Positions 56,532-64,000 of a stretch of 64,000 bases of DNA are shown here, one piece after another. Location of the stretch: positions 754,481-818,480 of the forward strand of contig JBAOHN010000008.1 of the NCBI GenBank assembly GCA_037045385.1, in the 5' to 3' direction. The stretch is from Baekduia sp. GTDB taxonomy: Bacteria; Actinomycetota; Thermoleophilia; Solirubrobacterales; Solirubrobacteraceae. The position numbers were made by a program, and so were the translations under genes. The notes beneath the pieces are model-generated. The model was not told where the DNA came from, made no database searches, and worked only from the letters and a program-made list of their open reading frames with translations. Each line of letters begins with the position of its first letter. Position 1 is the first letter of the stretch.

Positions 56532-58277
56532 TCAGGTGCGCTTCGCGAGCACGGCGCGAGCCGCGATCTGCCTGCCGTCGATCGACAGCTTGACCGCCGC
56601 GGACCTCGCCGGCGCCTTCCGCAGCTTGATCGTGCCCTTGGCCACGCACGCGCTCCTGCCGGCGATCGTCGTTCGCACCAGCCGCAGCGTGGCCCGGTAC
56701 GTACTGCCGCCCACCCGCGTGCGTCCTCGAACCGTGCCCGAGCACCGGGCGGACGCCCGCAGGGCGACTCGAGCGTTGACCGTCAGCGTCTTGCCTTTGA
56801 GGACGAGGTCGAATGCGGGGCGCAGGGCGAGGAGGTGAGGCGCGGGGGCCGGCGCCGGCGTCGGCGCGGGCTCCGGGGCGGTCTGCTCCGGCGCGCTCGC
56901 CGGCGGCTCGCCGGCCGGCGGCCGGGCGCTGCGGTCACCGGTGAGGTCGGCGGCGTAGACGGGGTTGCCGGGGCCGGCGTCGTTCCAGGCGAACGCGAGA
57001 TCGCCGAAGCGGTTGCCGTCGATCGACGCCGGGCCGACGTCGAACGAGGCGTTCGAGACGATCTCGGTCGGCGCCGAGAACGCCGCGCCGAACGTGGGGC
57101 GCGTGGCGTGACCGGCGCCAAAGACGGTCATGTCCGGCGAGTAGCTCCAGAGCGCGTTGGTCGTGCCCGAGATCGTCGGGAAGACCTTGCCGTAGGCCGA
57201 CACGGCGCCGTACGGCGACATCAGCGCGAGCCCGGTCCACGAGCCTGCGGCCGGCCGATCGGCGCTGAAGTTCGCCATCAGCGCGCCGGCCTCGGGGGCG
57301 TTCAGCTTCATCACGGTAACTGTGACGTTGCTGTCCTCATCGGCGACGACCTGGCTGACCCACACGCGCTCGCCCGGCTGCGTGATCGAAACCGGGGTGC
57401 CCCAGCCGCCGCTGGCGCTGCGGGTGTTGGCGCGGAGCGTGTCGGGGCCGTCGCCGCCGGTTTCGTCGAGGTCGTAGACGGCGGTGACCTCACCGTTCGG
57501 CGCGGCGGCGACGTCGATGTTGAACGACCCGTACGCGAGGTCCTCGACGGTCTGCGGAGGATCCCAGTCCGCCGCCGCCGACCCGAGCCGCGCGCTCGTC
57601 ACCGTCGCCGCGTCCGGCTGCTGGTGCCGGCGCGAGTAGACGGCCGTGACGTCGCCTGTGTCGTCGGCGTCGAGCGCGAACGCCTGGAACGTGTCGTCCC
57701 CACCGCCGTCGTCGTCGACGACCAGCTCGGGACCCCAACCGCCGTCGAAGACGCGTGAGCGCATCGCCGCCGAGTAGTCGCCCCAGACTGCGACGAACGT
57801 GCCGTCGGGGCGGCCGACGATGTCGCGGTCGCCGATGTTGCCGGCCCCGTCGAGCTGCTCGGCCGGGCCGAAGGTCGCCGAGCCGGCAGGCCTGACCGCC
57901 GCCTCGATGTGGGTCTGGGGATTGGTGAGCCAGGTGACCGCGACCGAACCGTCCCCTGCCGCAGCGATCCGATAGTCGTTGCGGCTGACGTTCGTGCCGT
58001 CCGCGGAGATCGGCTCAGGGTCGCTCCAGGTGGTCTCGCCGGCGAGCCGGGTCGCGGCGGTCATGCGCCAGTCGCTTCCGTCCTGCTGGTACCAGATGAC
58101 GGTCGTCGAGCCGTCTGGTGCTGAGACGACCTGGGGGCCGTAGACGGTCGCCCCGTCATCCGAGATCTGGACGGGCGCGCGCCATCCACCGGCGGCCGCG
58201 GCCTGTGGCAGCACGACACAGGCGAGCAGGGCGGCGAGGACGGTCGCGCGCAGGCGGGCGTGGGCAGACGCAGGCAT
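56532..58277 (-). CDS. dispersed family member P9: repeat domain plus Pro linker plus diverged C-terminal domain, no PKD
   Basis: Signal peptide ..VLAALLACVVLPQAAAAG, blade-like repeats (..PDGSTTVIWYQ.., ..GDGSVAVTW..). Tail ..LKGKTLTVNARVALRASARCSGTVRGRTRVGGSTYRATLRL..ACVAKGTIKLRK.. is alignable to the array tail. Confidence 0.8.
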   Translation of the reverse strand: MPASAHARLRATVLAALLACVVLPQAAAAGGWRAPVQISDDGATVYGPQVVSAPDGSTTVIWYQQDGSDWRMTAATRLAGETTWSDPEPISADGTNVSRNDYRIAAAGDGSVAVTWLTNPQTHIEAAVRPAGSATFGPAEQLDGAGNIGDRDIVGRPDGTFVAVWGDYSAAMRSRVFDGGWGPELVVDDDGGGDDTFQAFALDADDTGDVTAVYSRRHQQPDAATVTSARLGSAAADWDPPQTVEDLAYGSFNIDVAAAPNGEVTAVYDLDETGGDGPDTLRANTRSASGGWGTPVSITQPGERVWVSQVVADEDSNVTVTVMKLNAPEAGALMANFSADRPAAGSWTGLALMSPYGAVSAYGKVFPTISGTTNALWSYSPDMTVFGAGHATRPTFGAAFSAPTEIVSNASFDVGPASIDGNRFGDLAFAWNDAGPGNPVYAADLTGDRSARPPAGEPPASAPEQTAPEPAPTPAPAPAPHLLALRPAFDLVLKGKTLTVNARVALRASARCSGTVRGRTRVGGSTYRATLRLVRTTIAGRSACVAKGTIKLRKAPARSAAVKLSIDGRQIAARAVLAKRT

Positions 58278-58332
58278 GAGCGTTCCATCGGCAGCTGCGT
58301 CCGATCGGCCTGTCTGCGAGGGTGAGGATGCG

Positions 58333-58953
58333 ATGGATGTCCACGAGCTCGTCGCGCACTACGCCGCCGGGCTGTTCCCGATGGACGACGGAGATGCCGA
58401 TCCGCCGCCGCCCGAGCTGCCGTGGTGGGCGTGCGACCCGCGCGCCGTCTTCGAGCTCGACGACGCGTCGTTGGACGCGTTCGACCGGCGGCTGCGGCGC
58501 TCGCTGCGGGCCGCCCAGCCCGGCTGGCGCCTGACGACCGACACGAATTTCGAGGCGGTGCTCGACCGCTGCGCGCGCCCTCGCGGCGAAGGCGACGGCG
58601 TCTGGCTGACGCCACGAATGCGCGAGCTGTACCGGACGCTGCGCGAGGCCGGGCTCGCCCACACGTTCCAGCTCGTCGACGACAACGACGCGCTCGTCGC
58701 CGGCATCGTCTGCGTCGCGCTCGGCCGCGCAGCGATGCTCGAGTCGATGTGCCACACCGTCCCGCACGCCGGCAACGTGCTGCTCGCGCGGACGCTGCGA
58801 GCGCTCGCCGGTGCCGGCTGCCAGCTCTGTGACATCCAGACACCGACCGACCACACGCTGCGGCTCGGCGCACGGCTGATCCCGCGCGCCGAGTACGAGG
58901 CGCGGCTCGCCGCGGCGCTCAGGCCGCCCGGGACGGCGGACTCAGCCGGCTGA
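58333..58953 (+). CDS. aat: leucyl/phenylalanyl-tRNA--protein transferase
   Basis: ..YAAGLFPM..WW.CDPRAV.. and ..GESMFH-like ..LESMCH.. pattern. ATG at 58333 chosen. Confidence 0.7.
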   Translation: MDVHELVAHYAAGLFPMDDGDADPPPPELPWWACDPRAVFELDDASLDAFDRRLRRSLRAAQPGWRLTTDTNFEAVLDRCARPRGEGDGVWLTPRMRELYRTLREAGLAHTFQLVDDNDALVAGIVCVALGRAAMLESMCHTVPHAGNVLLARTLRALAGAGCQLCDIQTPTDHTLRLGARLIPRAEYEARLAAALRPPGTADSAG

Positions 58954-60387
58954 GCGGTGCAGGTCGACGACTGAGGCGGCGTCCTCGTCCTCGTCGTCGG
59001 GCGGCCGCGGGTCGTCCTCGGGCTGGTGGCGCGTGACCCAGTCCTCGAGCGCCGACGGAAGCCGCGTGCGGCGATTGCCCCAGTGGACCATCACCTGCGA
59101 GCGGGCGACGAGGTCGTGCAGGCAGCGGAGGTCGTCGCGAAGCAGGCCGATCAGGAAGCCGATGCCCAGCACCGTGCTGAAGGGGAAGGCGAGCGCGCGG
59201 ACGGCCGCGTGCCTGGCGCTGAGCGGGCCACCGCTCGTCGAGGAGATCCGCAGCCCCATCAGCGCCTTGCCTGGCGTGCGGCCTGTGATCGTGACCGAGC
59301 CCCAGAGGTAGAGGAACCACCAGACCATGTAGACGCCGAACCAGATCGGGCCGCCGGTCGCGTAGTCCGAGAGCTGCCGGTTCGTGAACAGCTCGAACAG
59401 CGACCGCGCGAGCAGGTTGCCTGCGCTGAACAGCAGCGCGACCATCGCGGCGTCGGCGAAGAAGGCGAGGCTGCGCGCGAGCGGTCCGGCGGGCCAGCCG
59501 GAGGCGTCGACCTTGCCGTCGACCCGGACGGCCGGGCGGACCGGCCGCCGCGCGACGCGGTCGGCAGCGCGCTCGATCAGCACATCGATCCCGAGGATCT
59601 GGCGGCGGGCCATGTCGAGCGTCGCCGAAGCGACGCTCGTCGTCGCCTCGCTGACGATCTTGTCGATCTCGGCGCGCTGGACGATCGCCGGGATGTCGAC
59701 CGATTCGATCTGCTTGTCGAGGTCGATCCGCGAGACGAGCGCATCGATGTCGATCCGGTCGACGACGGCCGCGATGTCGATCCGCTCGATCACGCCGGGC
59801 ACGTCGATTCGCCGCACGACCTCCGCGACGTCGATCCGCTCGATCACGCCCGGCACATCGATCCGCTCGACGACGTCGGCCACGTCGATCCGGCGGACCA
59901 CGTCAGCCACATCGATCCGCTTGACCACATCGTCGACGTCGATCCCGCGTACGAGCTCGGCGACATCGATCCGGCCGACGAGCGCGGCGATGTCGATGCC
60001 GCCGACCAGCTCGTCGAGGTCGATCCGCGCCACCAGCGCGTTCATGTCGATCCGCGAGACCAGCGCGTTCACGTCGACGCCGGCGAGCAGCCCGTTGAGG
60101 TCGAGGTCTGCGAGCAGCGCGTTGACGTCGGCGCCGTCGAGCAGCGCGTTCACGTCGATCCGGGTCAGCAGCTCGTCGACGTCGACCTGTGCGAGCAGTG
60201 CGTTGATGTCGATCCGGCGGACGAGGTCGTCGATGTCGAGCCGCTGCGCCAGCGAATCGACGTCGATCCGCTCGACGAGCGCCTCGACGTCGACGCGCTC
60301 GATCACTTGGTCGGGGTCGACGGCGTCGACCGCCGGCGAGATCAGCGCGCCGAGCAGGCGGCTCGCGGGGGATCGCTCCTCAGCCAT
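58942..60387 (-). CDS. RDD-family membrane protein with N-terminal nonapeptide-repeat array
   Basis: 24 tandem 9-aa units (R-I-D-V-x-x-L/V-V-x) at aa 31-246, then a TM region with ..ITGRTPGKALMGLR.. typical of RDD domains. Confidence 0.8.
   Translation of the reverse strand: MAEERSPASRLLGALISPAVDAVDPDQVIERVDVEALVERIDVDSLAQRLDIDDLVRRIDINALLAQVDVDELLTRIDVNALLDGADVNALLADLDLNGLLAGVDVNALVSRIDMNALVARIDLDELVGGIDIAALVGRIDVAELVRGIDVDDVVKRIDVADVVRRIDVADVVERIDVPGVIERIDVAEVVRRIDVPGVIERIDIAAVVDRIDIDALVSRIDLDKQIESVDIPAIVQRAEIDKIVSEATTSVASATLDMARRQILGIDVLIERAADRVARRPVRPAVRVDGKVDASGWPAGPLARSLAFFADAAMVALLFSAGNLLARSLFELFTNRQLSDYATGGPIWFGVYMVWWFLYLWGSVTITGRTPGKALMGLRISSTSGGPLSARHAAVRALAFPFSTVLGIGFLIGLLRDDLRCLHDLVARSQVMVHWGNRRTRLPSALEDWVTRHQPEDDPRPPDDEDEDAASVVDLHRSAG
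59650..60297 (-). repeat. 24 tandem 27-bp coding repeats (nonapeptide array)
   Basis: RVDVEALVE RIDVDSLAQ RLDIDDLVR ... RIDLDKQIE SVDIPAIVQ RAEIDKIVS. The period was checked against the codon index. Confidence 0.85.
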
Positions 60388-60396
60388 GCGGCGACA

Positions 60397-62070
60397 CTAC
60401 GCGACCGGCGCGTGCCGGTCGACGATCGCGCGGGTGTCGAACCCCGCCGGCAGCGTGCCGTAGTGCAGGCCGCCGTCGCCCGACAGCCTCGTCGCCACGA
60501 ACGCGTCGGCGACCTGCTGCGGCGCGTGACGGAGCAGCAGCGACGCCTGCAGCGCCACTGCCAGCTTCTCGACGACCCGGCGCGCCCGAACCTCGAGCGT
60601 CGCCGCGTCGGTGAACTCACCGGGCAGCGCGGCGACGAACGCGTCGTAGCGCGCGTCGGCGCCGGTCGCCTCGCCGAGCTCGTCGAGCAGCACCTCCAGG
60701 GAGGCCGGCGCCTTGATCAGCGCGCGCAGCGTGTCGAGCGCCATGATGTTGCCCGAGCCCTCCCAGATCGAGCACAGCGGAGCCTCGCGGTAGATCCGCG
60801 GCATCCCGGTGTCCTCGACGTAGCCCGGCCCACCGAGGCACTCCATCGCCTCGAACGCGTGGTTTGGGAAGCGCTTGCAGACGTGGTACTTCGCGACGGG
60901 CGTCGCCAGCCGGGCGAACAGCGCCGCCCGCTCGTCGCCGGCGGCGACCTCGTCGTAGGCGCGGCAGAGCCGCAACGCGAGCGCGGTCGCCGCTTCGGAC
61001 TCGACCGCGAGGTCGGCGAGCACGGTCGTCATCAGCGGCTGGTCGATCAGCGTCTTGCCGAAGGCGCTGCGGTGCTGCGTGTGCCAGATCGCCATCGCGG
61101 TCGCGGCGCGCATCCCGGCCGCAGAGCCGATCACGCAGTCGAGCCGCGTGTGGGCGACCATCTCGATGATCGTCGCAACTCCTCTGCCGGGCTCGCCGAG
61201 CATCCGGCCCCAGGCGCCGCGCAGCTCGATCTCCGAGCTCGCGTTCGAGTGGTTGCCGAGCTTGTCCTTGAGCCGCTGGATCTGGAAGCCGCGGTTGCGC
61301 TCGCCGTCGGGCGTGAACTGCGGCACCGCAAAGCAGCAGAGGCCCTCGTCGGTGTAGGCGAGCATCAGGAAGAGATCCGACATCGGCGCGCTGCAGAACC
61401 ACTTGTGCCCGGTCAGGAGGTGCTCGGCGCCCTCGCCGCCGCCGTTCAACGGCTCGGCGCGGGTCGTGTTGGCGCGCACGTCCGAGCCGCCCTGCTTCTC
61501 GGTCATCGACATCCCGCAGATCGCGCCGGGCTTCTCGCTCGCGGGGCGGAGCGCGCCGTCGTAGCCGGTCGCGGTCAGCCGCGGGATCCACTCCTCGGCG
61601 ATCTCGGGCGTGTGCCGAAGCGCCGGGATCGCGGCGAACGTCATCGTGATCGGGCAGCCGAACCCGGCCTCGGCCTGCGTGCCGGACATGTAGATCGCCG
61701 CGCGCGCGACGTGAGCCCCCGGTCGCGGGTCGTTCCACGGCAGCGCGTGCATCTCGTCGGCGACGCCGCGCGCCATCAGTCGGTGGTAGTCGGGGTGGTA
61801 GTCGACGCGGTCGATCCGCTCGCCGGTCGCGTTGTGCGAGCTGAACCGCGGCTTGTCGCGGTTGGCCTCCGCGCCCCACTGCTGCGGCTCGCCGCCCCAG
61901 AACGCACCGACGCCGGCGGCGCGTTCGTGCGCCCAGCCGCCGCCCTCGCGAGCGACCCCCTCGACCAGCGCGGCGTGGTCGAGGTAGAGGTTGCGGCCCG
62001 TCAGCGGCGGGACCTGGTTCGTGACGTCGTGGGTGGCTTGGTCGGCGCTGCCTGAGACGGTCATCGACAT
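60397..62070 (-). CDS. AidB-like acyl-CoA dehydrogenase
   Basis: 557 aa, ..MTEKQGGSDV.., ..KWFCSAP.., ..IWEGSGNI.. motifs. Confidence 0.85.
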   Translation of the reverse strand: MSMTVSGSADQATHDVTNQVPPLTGRNLYLDHAALVEGVAREGGGWAHERAAGVGAFWGGEPQQWGAEANRDKPRFSSHNATGERIDRVDYHPDYHRLMARGVADEMHALPWNDPRPGAHVARAAIYMSGTQAEAGFGCPITMTFAAIPALRHTPEIAEEWIPRLTATGYDGALRPASEKPGAICGMSMTEKQGGSDVRANTTRAEPLNGGGEGAEHLLTGHKWFCSAPMSDLFLMLAYTDEGLCCFAVPQFTPDGERNRGFQIQRLKDKLGNHSNASSEIELRGAWGRMLGEPGRGVATIIEMVAHTRLDCVIGSAAGMRAATAMAIWHTQHRSAFGKTLIDQPLMTTVLADLAVESEAATALALRLCRAYDEVAAGDERAALFARLATPVAKYHVCKRFPNHAFEAMECLGGPGYVEDTGMPRIYREAPLCSIWEGSGNIMALDTLRALIKAPASLEVLLDELGEATGADARYDAFVAALPGEFTDAATLEVRARRVVEKLAVALQASLLLRHAPQQVADAFVATRLSGDGGLHYGTLPAGFDTRAIVDRHAPVA

Positions 62071-62102
62071 GCGCTCAGTGTCGCATGCCGGTCGCGCTCT
62101 CG

Positions 62103-62396
62103 TCAGCCGCGGCGCGTCGTCAGCGTCCGGCTCTTGACCTGTTTGCCGGAGACGGAGATCCGCAGCTTGGTCCGCAGGCTCGGCGTCTTCTTGAGGCTGA
62201 TCGTGCCGGTGCCGCGGCAGGCGCCGCCGATGGTCTTCAGCTTCAGCGTCGTGCGGTAGGAGCGGCCGCCGAACGCGGTCGTCGCCTTGACCGTGCCGCT
62301 ACAGCGGGCGCCCTTCTTCAAGGTCACCTTCGCGTTCAGCGAGATCGTCCGGCCGGCGAGCCGCGCCTCGATCACCGGCGCGAGCGTCTGCTTGGG
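62103..62396 (-). repeat. conserved 3' module, copy in P10
   Basis: Same module, about 12 kb away from the array. Confidence 0.8.
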
Positions 62397-64000
62397 CTTC
62401 TGCTCCGGTTCGTCGGCATCGTCCGGCGCCGGGGGCGGGTCGCTGACCGTCACGTGGCGTGTCTCGGTCGCGCTGTTGCCGGCGGTGTCTGTGACCGTGA
62501 CGGTCACTGTGTAGGTGCCGGCGGTCGGGTAGGCGTGGGTGGCCGACGCGCCCGAGCCGGTCTCGCCGTCACCGAAGGCCCACGAGACCGAGCCGACGTC
62601 CGACCAGCGGTCGGTCGCCGAGACGGAGACCGGGACCGGGTCGCCGGTCGTCGCCGACGACGGGACCGAGACGGCCGAGACCACCGGCGCCGTCCCGTCG
62701 CCGGCCGCGAAGCCGACCCCGTGGTTGCCCGGCGTCGTGTTCTGTGACCACATCGTCGCGAGGTCGCCGTCCGCCGTCAGGGCAGCGACCGGGCTCGAGC
62801 CGTGGCCGGTCATCGAGAAGGCGTTGAAGACGGTCGCGCTTGCGCCCTCGACGTTCTCGAGCGGACCCCACGAGCCGGTCTGCGAAGACCACTCGGTCGT
62901 GGCGATGCCGAAGTCGGAGATATCGGCGATCGAAGCGCCGTCTGCGAAAACGAGGCGCACGACGCCGCGATCGTTCGAGGTCAGCGTGATCGGTGCGCCT
63001 GCGGTGCCCCGCGGCGTCCGGGCGGCCGTGGACCAGCTGCCCGAACCGGGTTCCACTACCGAGTACCAGGACTCCGCGGCGCCGGTACCGAGGTCGAGCG
63101 CCTCCCATGTCACGACGATGCGGCCCGCCGCGTCGATCGCGAGCTGCGGGATCAGCTGCAACGCGCCGCTGAGCTGGTGGTCGTCACCGAGCGAGCCGTC
63201 GGCGCCGATCGTGCGCGCGAGCGCCTCGAAGTTGCCGTTGACCGAGACGACCGCGGCGGAGCCGTCGTTCTTGAGGACGGCGTCGACCATGCCGGTACCG
63301 CCGCTTGCGACGTTCGCGAAGACCTCGGTCGGCGTGCCTGACCACGTCTCAGAACCGGCGTCCCAGCGCGAGACGTAGCCCTTGGTGACGCCAGAGGTCT
63401 GGCCTTGGGAGTAGAGGATCGCGTCGCCCGACGCGTTGAAGTCGAGAGCGAGCGAGCCGCCAACTGCGTCGACCGTCGGCACGGTGACCGGCGTGCCCCA
63501 ATCCGCGGAGTTGCGTGTGCGCGTGGCGGTGCGGATCTCGTTCGGACCCGAACCCGGCACGACGTAGGCGGCGGTCACGGTGCCGTTCGGCGCCGCGGCA
63601 AAGCCGAGTCCGTAGACGCTGGTGGCGAGCGTCTCGGTGTCGCTCCAGGTGGTCGAGCCGGCGAGCATCGTCGAGGTTCTGAGGTCGGTGAAGTTCGGCG
63701 GCGCCCAGAAGGCGGTCGTGTTGCCGTCCTTGTCGACGACGAGGTCGAAGATCGCAACGTCCTCACCGGCGGGCGACACGTCCTGCGGAGCGTCCCAGGA
63801 GTCGCCGGCTCCGGAGAACCGCCGCACGACGAGCACGTCGTGACCGTTCTTGTGCTCGGCCCACGCAGCCGCGATTGTGCCGTCGTCGCCGGCCGAGATC
63901 CGGTTGTTGACCGACGCGTTCGAGAGCTGGGCGACGTCCGACCCGGGCGCGTTCAGCAGCTCCATCTCGGTCCAGCCGAACGCGCCGGCGGTGGCGGGGA
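62103..64000 (-). CDS. dispersed family member P10 (5' end outside the window)
   Basis: Frame open to the window edge. Blade-like repeats, PKD WAFGDGETGSGASATHAYPTAGTYTVTVTVTD, conserved tail ..VIEARLAGRTISLNAKV..TLTTRRG. Confidence 0.85.
   Translation of the reverse strand, partial: PATAGAFGWTEMELLNAPGSDVAQLSNASVNNRISAGDDGTIAAAWAEHKNGHDVLVVRRFSGAGDSWDAPQDVSPAGEDVAIFDLVVDKDGNTTAFWAPPNFTDLRTSTMLAGSTTWSDTETLATSVYGLGFAAAPNGTVTAAYVVPGSGPNEIRTATRTRNSADWGTPVTVPTVDAVGGSLALDFNASGDAILYSQGQTSGVTKGYVSRWDAGSETWSGTPTEVFANVASGGTGMVDAVLKNDGSAAVVSVNGNFEALARTIGADGSLGDDHQLSGALQLIPQLAIDAAGRIVVTWEALDLGTGAAESWYSVVEPGSGSWSTAARTPRGTAGAPITLTSNDRGVVRLVFADGASIADISDFGIATTEWSSQTGSWGPLENVEGASATVFNAFSMTGHGSSPVAALTADGDLATMWSQNTTPGNHGVGFAAGDGTAPVVSAVSVPSSATTGDPVPVSVSATDRWSDVGSVSWAFGDGETGSGASATHAYPTAGTYTVTVTVTDTAGNSATETRHVTVSDPPPAPDDADEPEQKPKQTLAPVIEARLAGRTISLNAKVTLKKGARCSGTVKATTAFGGRSYRTTLKLKTIGGACRGTGTISLKKTPSLRTKLRISVSGKQVKSRTLTTRRG

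Noticed and set aside
59650-60297. 27-bp periodic repeats as a possible CRISPR or minisatellite
   Set aside because: There are no spacers and the units are contiguous, in-frame and degenerate. They encode a nonapeptide repeat inside a long ORF.
59026-62055. 1009-aa plus-strand ORF
   Set aside because: It is antisense to the RDD gene and the AidB-like dehydrogenase. The composition is Arg/Asp/Val-rich and mirrors the repeat on the other strand.

Overview
Very GC-rich (about 70% G+C by eye), actinobacterium-like chromosomal segment. It is densely coding: about 58 protein genes, one tRNA-Val and the SRP RNA. All work was done by hand from the sequence and the ORF track. CDS ends follow the track, with starts re-picked where the track ORF was clearly over-extended. 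Coordinates of non-CDS features may be off by a few nt.

Ordinary content:
- acyl-CoA dehydrogenases, a TAT-signal amine oxidase, HU and pxpABC
- katG, selO, a Zn-ADH and a TetR/P450 pair
- Pit/DUF47 and a PAS-GGDEF cyclase
- ffs followed by dnaX-ybaB-recR, and ask-asd
- a DrrAB-like ABC-2 exporter and a non-classical sdhA-sdhB-CCG-subunit operon
- an M50/CBS protease and aat

Standout signals:
1. A 15.7-kb head-to-tail array of eight tightly packed paralogs (34012-49714, minus strand), plus two dispersed copies at 56532-58277 and 62103 to beyond 64000. Each encodes a signal peptide, about eight propeller-blade-like repeats, a PKD module, an acidic Pro linker and a ~97-aa basic C-terminal domain that I cannot assign to a known family. 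The 3' ~294 nt are almost identical between copies (for example 135/137 nt between P2 and P3), while the N-terminal halves are strongly diverged. This looks like concerted evolution of a shared sorting or anchoring module on a diversifying secreted protein family.
2. Five small secreted metzincin/snapalysin-like proteases. Three of them sit between ffs and dnaX.
3. A 47-nt imperfect palindrome in three copies. Two bracket a DUF559 gene and one lies in-frame inside pxpB.
4. An RDD-domain membrane protein carrying 24 tandem nonapeptide repeats.

No CRISPR array, IS/transposase, integrase, reverse transcriptase or rRNA was seen.
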